Assembly (NCBI GenBank): GCA_907165135.1
Contig: OU015567.1
Coordinates: 2,418,001-2,482,000 of the forward strand
Direction: 5' to 3'
DNA length: 64,000 bases
From: Oikopleura dioica
Lineage: Eukaryota; Animalia; Chordata
Position numbers and translations under genes: made by a program. This document shows, in pieces, positions 46,428-56,709 of this stretch; the stretch's first letter is position 1; each line of letters opens with the position of its first letter. Below the pieces are notes generated by a model, which saw only the letters and a program-made list of their open reading frames with translations, did no database searches and was not told the DNA's origin.

Positions 46428-48800
46428 TCATCTGCAGTTTCATTATAAGCTGTCATTCCTTGCATGACTTCCACGGAATCATCCGTGATGTAATAGTAAT
46501 AGACAATGTAGCAGATGAGAAATCCGAAGAAAGACAAGGGGAAGAGAATTCGACATTCGATTTCTAATTTTGTTGACAGCTTCTTGTAGTACTCCTGGGC
46601 TTCTTTATTCTCCTTTTTTGCCTGAATTTAGATTGATTACTGATACAACTATGAATTGTTGATGTGACCTTTGCGAGTTCAGCTTCGATCGACTGTTTAT
46701 TTTCCTCTGGACTGTATTCTACGTAGTACTCTTCCTTGTTGTCATAATACGGATCCATTTGGTTGTTCAAAGAATACTTGTCGATATGTCCATTCGAATA
46801 GAGATCAGATCGGTGCTTGTAGTTGTTCCGCTCTTGTTTTCGGTGGTTTTTCCTTCGCCGCTTAGAAAAATGTCAAATGTGAATTTTCTCATGATAAAAT
46901 ATGGATAAATTTGGCAGTTGCTCGATAAATAAGCCAATGCTTCTGTAACAAGCATTGAACAATTTTTCATTCGATAAACATACATTCACCGCTTGTGAAT
47001 CCTTCCCTCCATTTGATCGACTGACAATCTTATGCAGCAACTGCTTGAGTTCATAAGTACGGATCGAGTTTTTATAAAGAATTCCATTTCGCTGGCGACT
47101 GAGATAATTCGCCACGGCGTATTCTAGCAATGCCGCGAAAACGAAAGCTGAAATAAAGCCTCATTCGAGCTCTTCGCACTTGAAAAACTTACCCATACAT
47201 AAAGAGAGCCAAATATCGATAGCTTTAACGTACGAGACCTTTGGCAATGAACTGCCGGCCTCGCTACGCATCGATGTTATCGTCAGCACCGTTGTGATGC
47301 CGAGCTTTTTACGGGCTCATTTTCGATTCAGCCGTTCTATCGACAAATATGACGACAGTTCCGTCAAGTTACTAAATCACAGCTAATATATGGAGACCTG
47401 AAGATCGAAAGAATGAGCCCGTCACGAGACGCGAGCTGGCGTCGCTTCAACTGCTATCCAAAAAGAAACCCAGCTTTCCTTAAGTTGAAATCTATATTCT
47501 TTTTCCCCCTAAGGCCTAACCATTCTCTTAGTTCTATATTTTCTTCCTTGATTTCAACTTTTTCCTGAGAACGACGATTAAAAAGCTGGGAATATATATT
47601 TGAATCATGTAGTATCCAATCTCTCGCTTGAGGACAAACGTCGCCCGCAGGCACGTGTATTGCCCGGAGGTATATGATTTGGTACAGTCGGCCAATTTGT
47701 GGCCCATAATCTTGAACTGCGGCAGGGCTATTCCTCCTGGCATGTCGATTGGTTTTTCCTCTGACCACTAGTATAATTGATTATTGAAAAGTTCGTGGTC
47801 AATGGGGAAGGAAAACGACAAAAAAATAGGTCAGTTACCTTGAAGGCTAAATCATTCATATTGTAGCCGAAGGACTCTGCCTGTATGTAACACTGCTGCA
47901 TATCCATCGGAAACTAGACAAACAAATGTTAAGTTCAGTCTTTTACGTAAATTCTCGACCTTTTCAAGCTGCATATGGCAGGAAAGTACAATAGAAATCC
48001 TAATTGACACGTAAATCGATCCATTTGGAGAGATTCGTAGCAGCCTGTCTAGAAATTAGTCCATAAATTTGACATCAGGCCTTTCTTTAGAATATACTTT
48101 GCGTGATGATTTCGTGAAAAGCTGCTTTCTTCTCGTTGAAGAAGAAGAGGTCTGGAATCCAAATACCGTGCCTTATCTTTTTGTTAATTTTTAAAATCGC
48201 TAAATTTACTTACGAAGACTTTCCGTCAAGCAAATCTGGATGAACTGTCAAACTTGTAGTTCCCTGGTGGGCGAGGCTTAAAATTCTAATTATCCTTTGA
48301 ATCGATAGTAATCCCCTGTTGATCGTGTTTGAGATGTTGCAAGTTCACCGAAAGTAATTAAGTGCATTTTTTACCGAGGGTCGATCCATCGCATGCGAAG
48401 AAAAACAGTCAGTCGATAGTCCATCGTCGTCTCCGTAATACTGTCGATCGAGGACACGTAGAGCGATACATTTACCTGAAACCAGTTTAATTATGCAACA
48501 TCTAATCTTTCAAATGTTCAACGAAATACAGAGTTATTACAAATGTACAGTTACTTCAGTGCAAAGGAAAGTGCACTTACATTAGTCGGAGTGCCACCAG
48601 CATTAGGCCGTATTCTCCTGTCATAACATGTCGGGTCTTTTAGCTTTGCGTAGATGAACTCTGTTGGGTCCTAGAAAAATCCAGTTTGGATTGATTTCTA
48701 GCCAGACAAACCCCATAATTGTTGATAAAAGAATTTCCACAATCAAGCGACTGGGCGCCAACAGAGCGAATTCCATCAAGAATCTGTAGATGGGATGCAT
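46428..48800 (-). CDS. Cys-loop anion channel, glycine-receptor-alpha-like, multi-exon
   Basis: [28 protein letters not shown], Cys-loop [22 protein letters not shown], loop [15 protein letters not shown]1 [17 protein letters not shown]2 [13 protein letters not shown] and TM4 RILFP. The 5' end is uncertain. Confidence 0.92.
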
Positions 48801-50955
48801 TTTTTATCTTTCAAAAACGAGCAAATGATTGCCAAACGCAAAAAATAGCACTTGTCAATAGTTGATGGAATAATTAATCAGCTGCTCTTTCAAGAAAAAG
48901 TGTTTTCATTTCCTTGCCTTAGAGGTCAAGCAAGGGAAAAGCAACAAAATTAATAGTCTTTGACTTTCTTATTGACTCTTTTATTAAAAATCGAATATTA
49001 CTTATTGAAAGCCTTTATTCTCGACTTTTTGTCTAACAGACAATTTTGGCATCCCAAAAGAATTTTTAATACAGACTGGATATTTTAAGCCATTTGATTT
49101 TCAGTTCGCAAATAATTTTTTAAATAGATTTAAAGCTTATGAATTCCTTTTTTTTTAAATTGAGGCCCCTTATTTAATTATAATAAATTGGTATAGATTG
49201 AAAAATAATCAAAAAAAACTCGCTCTTGTTGAAAAAATTTCATCCCTTTCGCAGAAACCAGAGCATTTTTTACTTCTTTTCTTCTTCTTTTTCAATTTTT
49301 CTCTGTGCCCGATTTTTCTTCTTCAAAATATTAATCTCGTTCCTCGTGTAACATGATTAAACTAGGTGATTATTGCTTTTCATCGGTTTTTTCTCCACTC
49401 AATTTCACCTCGAGCGCGGCTCGGTCGCACTGTACTTTCTTTGATTAAAAAATAAAAAAGGTAGATTCAGAACAACGATATTTTTTCGATTTTGTAATTG
49501 AAAATGGGTTGAAAGGGAGGTCAAAGCGAAAACAGAGTTCGCGTGAATAAATCCTCTATTTTTGAATAGTAAATTGCAGCTTGTCGGGCGGCTCGCTGGC
49601 GAAATATATGCGCCAATCCATTAATTTATAAAAACCAAAGCCGACAGTTGGTCACCCGAAGAGTTGACATAATCTTGATAAAGCATACTCAATGCCAACC
49701 AAAATCACAAACTTTAGTAAAAGACTATTTTGGAACTTCCTCTTCTTGCTTTTTTGATGATTCAAAGCAAAGTTCATGAATGAAAAATTTTAATTTTTTA
49801 TTTTTTTCTTCTCAAAAAAATCTAATAAAATCGAGTTTTTACGAAAAAATTTTTTAATAAAAAGGTAAAGAAGAAAACTGTTAAATAGCTTCCTCTGAGT
49901 CATGCCCTAGTTTCAGAAATTCAAATTTACAGTAATGCAGCTGGGAAAACGCCGGAATTCAGCAATGCAAAAGTAATTCTTTATCAACTTAGAGAAGCAC
50001 GTGAGGTTGCGCAAAAATGCCTAGTATTCTCGAAAAAAAACGAACAACATAACAGTTTGTTTTCCAAGACTTATCACGGTCAGCGTAAGACTCTTGCGGT
50101 AGTTTCAGTGCGATTTTCGGCACGACTCTTTCGATTATCCGTGTTTTTCGTCAGGAAGATACGTCGCGAGATTTAGAATCCGGTTGCGGTTAAAAAAAAG
50201 ATGTTCTTATAAGACCGAATGACGGTTTTTAATGCCGCATTAACTCACTTTCCTTTTTTGACAAAAATCGTATTTCAATAGAAATCCTTTTTTTGCACGT
50301 TTCTTCCTTCCTGCACGCATTAACTAGGTCTCCGCGTAAGCCTTCGTTGACCTAGGCCGCATTAGGCTTTTTCTCCGTCTCACGGAGCTACAATAATAAA
50401 TTTCATAAAGAAATCGCTTAAGGAGGGAGTCGACGAGAATCGGGATTTTTCAACCAAATTTCCGAAGATACCTGCTATCATATAAAATTTCTGATTGGTC
50501 AGGATTCTCCGCTGAAAAAATCGCGGCTAAATGCAAACGCTCCGAATTCAGCAGCCCTGGCGGGTAGGCTAAAAATGACAATTTGGCGGGGTAAGGTTGA
50601 GCGAATTTGTTTATTTTTTGGTTTCAGCTCTCAGAATTTTTACATACAGGAAAAATCGGAAACGTGATTATACATTATCTACAGGTAAATTTGCCGCTAT
50701 TTCGGCAGTTAATCTTCATCGCTACATTCGATCATGATCGTTTTTGACTTCCACTTGCGAGGTCCTTCTTTCCGCGATATGATAACCCGATTCCTAAAGA
50801 AAAAAGGTTAACGATAAATCGTTAAAAACGTCGAGTAATTACCAATTTCTTGTGTTTTCTTTAATTTGCATGCATTTTGGCAGGAAAATGGAACCCCCAG
50901 GATTGCTCCAATGCGAAATCGCTCAAAAAGGCTCAAGGATGAGAAGACTCGCGAA

Positions 50956-51830
50956 TCAAGTATAAATATGAACCTTTCCTTTGCAGTCTTCTTCGATATT
51001 TTCCGCGCGATCAGTGAGTTCAAACACGGAGTCGTTTGATGTGACCAGGATTCCGCTTTTCTGGCATTCGAAGTTGTAATCAATTCCCAATTGAAAACTT
51101 CCCTGAGATTTGCACACAGGGTAGTCTACTGATGCTTCGAACTGATATGGGTCACAATTTTTTAAGAACAATATTATTAAAAAACAATTAATTCGAGTTT
51201 AGCTCAATAAAGCAAAAATTGTGACCACCTCCCTGTGGCACCCATCCAACGCCATGAGGCACAAAGCGCACTTCTCTCCACCCTCCTTCGAAGCATCCTA
51301 CTCTAAAGTTCGTCGGGGTGCTGATGCTTGGCTGCTTGTGGCATCGAACTTTTGAACACTTTTTCTGTGTTTTGAAAATTTTTAGATTAACATCAAATAA
51401 ATTTTATATATGCGAGATAAAAAAATAATCATTTTGCCTATCGACCACCTGAGCTAAATTCAAAACACTTCCGGGACATATCTTTGTCTCGAAAAACTGA
51501 CGGAGCTTTTAAATGAAAGCTTTTCGGAAGATCCCGGAATTCTGCATCCGGTATAATCCCACAAAAGCTCTTCGTCTGGCTGCATTCCTTCTAATTTGCA
51601 GCCTGTTTTTCGGGCTTTCTCGCTGATAGCAAAAGCTTAAAAAAAGAGTTAAAAATAGAAAACTTTTTTGGAAGTTACCTGGCCAAATGATTGAAATCTT
51701 CATATTTTTTTCTTTTGAGCCTTCTCTTGCTGCGATTTTCTTTCGGAGCTCCTTTATCGGAGACCCCTAGTTGGGAGATGAGAAATTGGAAGCCAGTCTG
51801 CTCGTTATATAGTTGACCAAAGGGCGCCGA
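50956..51830 (-). CDS. Multi-exon protein of unknown function (fragmentary model)
   Basis: Several open segments bounded by splice-like sites (e.g. PFGQLYNEQTGFQFLISQ..., CDPYQFEASVDYPVCKSQG...). No family was recognised. Confidence 0.4.
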
Positions 51831-52094
51831 AGGAGAAGTTCAGGACTGAAGATAATTAAGTATGGTTTATATGATAAATTATATATAATTATATAATAAT
51901 TATATAATATGGATATTACTCAAATTTAAAGCTATCTCTGCGCTTTGCAACTTAAACGCGATCGGTCACCTTAAAAAGGCGGTCGACGAGAAATTTTGTT
52001 TGCTTTTTCAAAACTTCAGTTATATTTTTGGATTCCTTAATAAAAATGGAGCGTTTTTGATCGTGATGGTGTCTGGAACAGAAAAAAAATGGAC

Positions 52095-52174
52095 AAATTT
52101 TGCGTAGGCGGCTACTCGGCTCCTAGTTGGCCGGTTTGTAGAATCCAGGCTTCTGATTGGTTGAAAATTTCCAT
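52095..52174 (+). repeat. Dispersed ~80-bp repeat, copy 2 (copy 1 at 6824-6903)
   Basis: Direct sequence comparison with 6824-6903. Confidence 0.8.
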
Positions 52175-52318
52175 CATAAAATAGATCAAGGGTGGTGGCC
52201 CAGGACGAGAGTACATTGGGTTCGTCTTATAGACTAATCCCAACACCCTCGACTTCGGTAAAATTCTCTATGAAAAATAAGCAAAAATGACGATTTTAAG
52301 GAAAATCTCATTTTTAAT

Positions 52319-52568
52319 GGGGAGGTGTCTGATACCGACAAAAAATCCCGACAAAAATTTTTAATTATTAATTAAATTAATAATGGTCCATTATCTTCTT
52401 GGCTGACAAAACTTTCCCAAAACTGCCTAGAAATGTCCAATTTCCAAAGCCATTTCTGTACAGTTCTAAGAAAAAATTTTTCTCAAAAAATTTCTAGAAT
52501 TTTTTTTCTGAAGCGTCTTTTTTCAAAACTTTTTGTCGAGATTTTTTGTCGATTCCAGACGCCACCCC
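52319..52568. mobile_element. MITE-like element with imperfect ~45-bp TIRs
   Basis: ggggaggtgtctgataccgacaaaaaatcccgacaaaaa on the left compares with the reverse complement of the right end, ggggtggcgtctggaatcgacaaaaaatctcgacaaaaa. Confidence 0.65.
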
Positions 52569-52892
52569 TCTTTAATTTATAGAAAATTATAGGAATTTCA
52601 AGAAAAGCATCCCTCTTTTTATTGTCGCCGCTGTATTTTCAAGGGTTTAAAATTACTATTTATATTATTTGATGGAGAAAAAAAATCTTTTTATCCATAA
52701 GCTTCGCTCTCAAGTCTTTTAGGCACAGAGATGATAAGAGTGTAGAAAAGTACAGTGGAGAAAAGTAAAACAAGCTGATCTTCACGGCTATCGCTGATGC
52801 TGATGGCCCATCAGTGATGGGTGATCCACGGCAAGCTCCTTCGTAAAGAAGTACCTGTACATGTGTTTCATCAAACAAAAATTGATAAAATC

Positions 52893-53164
52893 AATTCTTC
52901 GGATAAGATGAGGCTCTTTGAAAAATAAAGCCGAAGCGCCAAAGAAATAGACGGATAAATTCTCGTTTCAACGATTAAGGGCCAAATTGCCAATAATTGA
53001 ATAATTCTCAATTATTTTCTGACCACGTTATATTTCATATGTCTAAAAAATTGAGCTCAATTCAATCGAAATTGATGTTGTTGTTGGAATGTAGTGGAAA
53101 TAAGACTTCCGGAGCTACAATTATAAATCATAAGTTAGAAGAACGAAAATAATCTTCGCTTGAT
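52893..53164 (+). repeat. ~280-bp duplicated segment; the second copy (54068-54182 plus 55517-55686) is split by the Penelope insertion
   Basis: Shared blocks such as ggataagatgaggct and atatgtctaaaaaattgagctcaattcaatcgaaattgatgttgttgttggaatgtagtgg. Confidence 0.8.
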
Positions 53165-54040
53165 CAGATGTAGCAGGGTTCGTCGCTTCCGTTGCATCAT
53201 GAGAATTGGCGTCTTTGTAGTTGTTGCAGAACTGATCCGTCATTTTTAGCTCCTCTCGAATTTTATTGATGACTTTGTCGCAGCTCTTCCAGGCAGCGGC
53301 AGCATCGCTGATGCCTGTTTTCATTCCAGAAACTTGGTTCAACAGCTGATTCGTGATGAGATGTTCTTTTCTCCCGCTTGAGCGACTCTTTCATCGAACG
53401 AAGTTCTTCGATATCAGGTCGGCTTATGTCCAGCAAGTCACTCATCTCCTTCGCTGAGGACTGTCTGGCGGCTACTTCTAATAAGAAAGCTTCGACATGG
53501 CCAGTTGTTCGCTCGTACTCGCGGCGGGAAGTGATGAGTTTCTCTGTCATCTCCGCTTTTTTCGCTGCATTGGCTTGTATGCTTATTATAATTGAATGCT
53601 GGTATTAAAAATTTTACTTGTCAAGTTTTTGTTTTGACTTTTTGATCCGCTCTTGAAGAATGTTGATTTCTTGAGGAGGACTTGTGTCTGAGATCTCGTG
53701 GGCTTTGGATTTTACTGTTCGGAAAAGATTTGCAATTTCGGGGATTTCGCGTTACTGCCGATCGTAATACGAAAAATTGTACCATTCGACTCCTCAGAAC
53801 CTGCGCTACAAGATGAGCACAAAAAACATTGGGGTCCCGATTTTGCTCCGCAAAAGTCATTTTCTTCGGCTTAAGAATCAGTCGATTCAATCTCTTCTTG
53901 CTCAATGTTTGAAAAGCCAAGCTTCACTGCTGCTAATTGATTCTGCCGCAGTTGCTTGAATTATGAGTTGAGTTGAGCAAGCTCCTGCTGCCCTGCAAAG
54001 CCTTACTTCAATTCAGCGATTGAAGAGTTTTGCTCGACGG
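53121..54040 (-). pseudogene. Degenerate coiled-coil gene
   Basis: Coding-like frames are broken by in-frame TAA at 53961-53963 and 53871-53873 and by a frameshift in an A-run near 53367-53370. Confidence 0.55.
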
Positions 54041-54200
54041 GGATCGTAATAAAAATTTGCTAATATGAATTCTTTGGATAAGATGAGGCTTTTTGAAAAA
54101 ATGAAGCCGTATCATCAAAGAAATGGACTAATTAATTCTCGTAACAACGATAAAGGGCCTAATTGTCAATAATTGAAAGATTTTTTTTCTCGTTTATTTG

Positions 54201-54239
54201 ATAACTACCGGTTTCGGATAAAATCCTTCATCAGGCTTA
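54201..54239 (-). ncRNA. Minimal hammerhead ribozyme motif in the 3' pLTR
   Basis: The minus strand reads gcCTGATGA-AGGATTTTATCC-GAAAC-CG-GTA-gt, with palindromic ACCGGT and a GUA triplet. Confidence 0.7.
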
Positions 54240-54394
54240 ACAGACAATAAACAATTATTCCGATGTAAAGTAAGTTACCGTGAGGCGGCAAAAAGCACGA
54301 CTGAGTTAGCAGTGTAAAAAGCGAAAACAACAAAGATCTAATCGTAACAGAAACGGCAAAAGGGGCGCCAAGAATGGATTGATGTATGCCCCTT

Positions 54395-55300
54395 TTACAG
54401 AAAATTGACACTTTTGCTCTGAATTTGACGGTTTAAGATCGGGTCTGACAGCTTAATGTGGAAAGCTTCGCCAGTTTTTCGTTCATGATAATTATCGAGG
54501 GAAGTTTCAGTGATAGAAATGAGATCAGATTGAAATGCGAATTCACAAAGAAGTGTAGCGAGGGAAGTGTTTTTTCTTCTGAATTTAGCCAGAGTGCTTG
54601 GATCACTTTGAAAATTATTAAATTTGTCCATAAATTTCTTACAACCCATCGAGTGTGACCTAACAGGCAAATTAACTGCAGGTAAATCGAAATGTTCATG
54701 GAATCTTTTTTCTAAAGGTCTCATAGTTTCTCCTTGATATCTTATGCCACAAAAACATTTGTACTCATAGATTACGCAAGATTTCTTTCGAAGTGGAATT
54801 TCTCGTTTCAACTTTGGGTAAATAACAGATTCGAGGCGAACTGTTCGCCAGGCCATAACTATGCGAAATGACGGTGTCACTTCCCTAATAATCTTTTGAA
54901 TCTTTTTGCCAATAGAATCGCACCTTGCTTCAGTAAAAGTAGCTTTGAAATAATGGACGACCTCCGATTCATTTGATTGAGATGGCTTAGTAAAATTATT
55001 ACTTCGCATGTATCTTACTTTCTCATTTACCAAACTCGGAGGATAACCATTATCTATAAATTTACTTTTAGCTCGCTCAAGGCCCTCTTCGAGCGCCTCG
55101 GTGCAGGTACAGGCATTATTGATACGATTTAACTCTCCAGTAAGTAGTGCGATTTTCTGTGATTGTGGTGAAATATTTTCTGTAAAGTGGGGAACACAAT
55201 TGGAATTTGATGGTTTTATATAATGATAAAGATCGAGTTTATTATTTACATATCTTATTTCACAATCTAAAAATGGAAGTCTGTTGTCTTTCATTTTCAA
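54395..55300 (-). CDS. Penelope-like ORF remnant: RT C-terminal/thumb region plus GIY-YIG endonuclease
   Basis: LPFLD...YIKPS..., NGYP, and CVIYEYKCFCGIRYQGETMRPLEKRFHEH...E. The RT catalytic YxDD core is absent. Confidence 0.9.
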   Translation of the reverse strand: MKMKDNRLPFLDCEIRYVNNKLDLYHYIKPSNSNCVPHFTENISPQSQKIALLTGELNRINNACTCTEALEEGLERAKSKFIDNGYPPSLVNEKVRYMRSNNFTKPSQSNESEVVHYFKATFTEARCDSIGKKIQKIIREVTPSFRIVMAWRTVRLESVIYPKLKREIPLRKKSCVIYEYKCFCGIRYQGETMRPLEKRFHEHFDLPAVNLPVRSHSMGCKKFMDKFNNFQSDPSTLAKFRRKNTSLATLLCEFAFQSDLISITETSLDNYHERKTGEAFHIKLSDPILNRQIQSKSVNFL

Positions 55301-55439
55301 TCCATTCTTGGCGCCCCTTTTGCCGTTTCTGTTACGATTAGATCTTTGTTGTTTTCGCTTTTTACACTGCTAACTCAGTCGTGCTTTTTGCCGCCTCACG
55401 GTAACTTACTTTACATCGGAATAATTGTTTATTGTCTGT

Positions 55440-55478
55440 TAAGCCTGATGAAGGATTTTATCCGAAACCGGTAGTTAA
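55440..55478 (+). ncRNA. Minimal hammerhead ribozyme motif in the inverted 5' pLTR
   Basis: gcCTGATGAAGGATTTTATCCGAAACCGGTAgtt. Confidence 0.7.
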
Positions 55479-55716
55479 CAAATAAACGAGAAAAATGCCA
55501 ATGGTCAACTAGAGATATAATTGAAAGATTGTTATTTATTTTTTGACCACGTTTTATTTTATATGTCTAAAAAATTGAGCTCAATTCAATCGAAATTGAT
55601 GTTGTTGTTGGAATGTAGTGGTAATAAGACTTCCGGAGCTACAATTATAAATTTAGAAGAAGAACGAGTATAATCTTTGCTTGATCGAGGTTTTTATTTT
55701 AATCAGTTTTTTCAAA

Positions 55717-56153
55717 TCAACATTTCTTGTGAGTTCGTTTGCAAATGACGCCTTCGCAGTTGAGAGTGAGGACAACTTCGCCGTTGATCAGTTCCCACTT
55801 GAGAGTGGTCTCTCGACCGTCCCACTTCTCGGTGATGGTGAAGCCGTTCAAATCACCGACAAGGGTGGACTTGACCTTGCGCCCGTCCATGGTGGTGACG
55901 TCCTTTTCGACGCCAGGCATGAAGAGCTCGTTGGCGGACTTGACGGTCGACTGGGTGTTGACTCGGATTCCATCGCCTTCCTGAGTGATTTCAGTGGTAG
56001 AGCTGACAGTAGCACCGGCTTTTCGAAGCACCCAGCTAACCCCGACCTTCTTCATGTACTCGTCGAAGTTCTCACTGAATAACTGTTTTATCTTCTGAAT
56101 TAAAAATCAAGGTTTTACTTTTTATCGAGCTTCCATTTTCCAGCGAGCGACAT
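55717..56153 (-). CDS. FABP: Fatty-acid-binding protein (FABP/CRBP family), two exons
   Basis: MSLAGKWKLDKNENFDEYMKKVGV..LRK...TTMDGRKVKS...LTL...VICKR, joined across one GT-AG intron. Confidence 0.93.
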
Positions 56154-56709
56154 CTTGACTCTCCTTTTCTCAACTCTATCAAAGTCAGAATGAAGAAAGA
56201 ACCAACTCTTCCCGGCAAAAATCAAGAAGGTAAATATTTTACGCAAATAACGATTTACCAAAAACTTTTCGCCTCGGCAAATATCACCATGTTTTACGAA
56301 CAGATACACCCAATCTATTTGACCTTGATTTTCGTTACCGACCTTCAGTAATTCAAATCATTTATATTATTTGCTATTCTATCTTTATTAAATTTTTCAT
56401 AAACATATTCGGTGCATGCTTACATGTTACAGATCTTCTCGCAAATCAAATATGTAACGTCTCTCATCATCAATAAAATTTTTGTCACACAAAGAAATAA
56501 CAGTATTTGAAAAGGGAAAATGAACTCAACTGCAAACTTTATTCTTATCTTGAAAATATTTGACTTATTGACAGTAGTCCTGAAGAGTAAATTTGAAAAA
56601 GGATCGGGCGGATCCGATCCGCATGAATTCATAAGGCCACTGTATAACTGCACAATCAGCTCGAGCATCTATGAGCTACAGTTAGCTTACGAAAATTGTG
56701 ATTATCAGT

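Larger units (their letters stand above)
54183..55516 (-). mobile_element. 5'-truncated Penelope-like retroelement with inverted pLTRs and a 14-bp target duplication
   Basis: A GIY-YIG ORF is flanked by near-identical inverted ~200-bp repeats (54184-54382, 55297-55495). ataattgaaagatt is duplicated at 54169-54182 and 55517-55530. Confidence 0.92.

Noticed and set aside
55681-56082. 133-aa plus-strand ORF over FABP
   Set aside because: Antisense shadow of the FABP exon.
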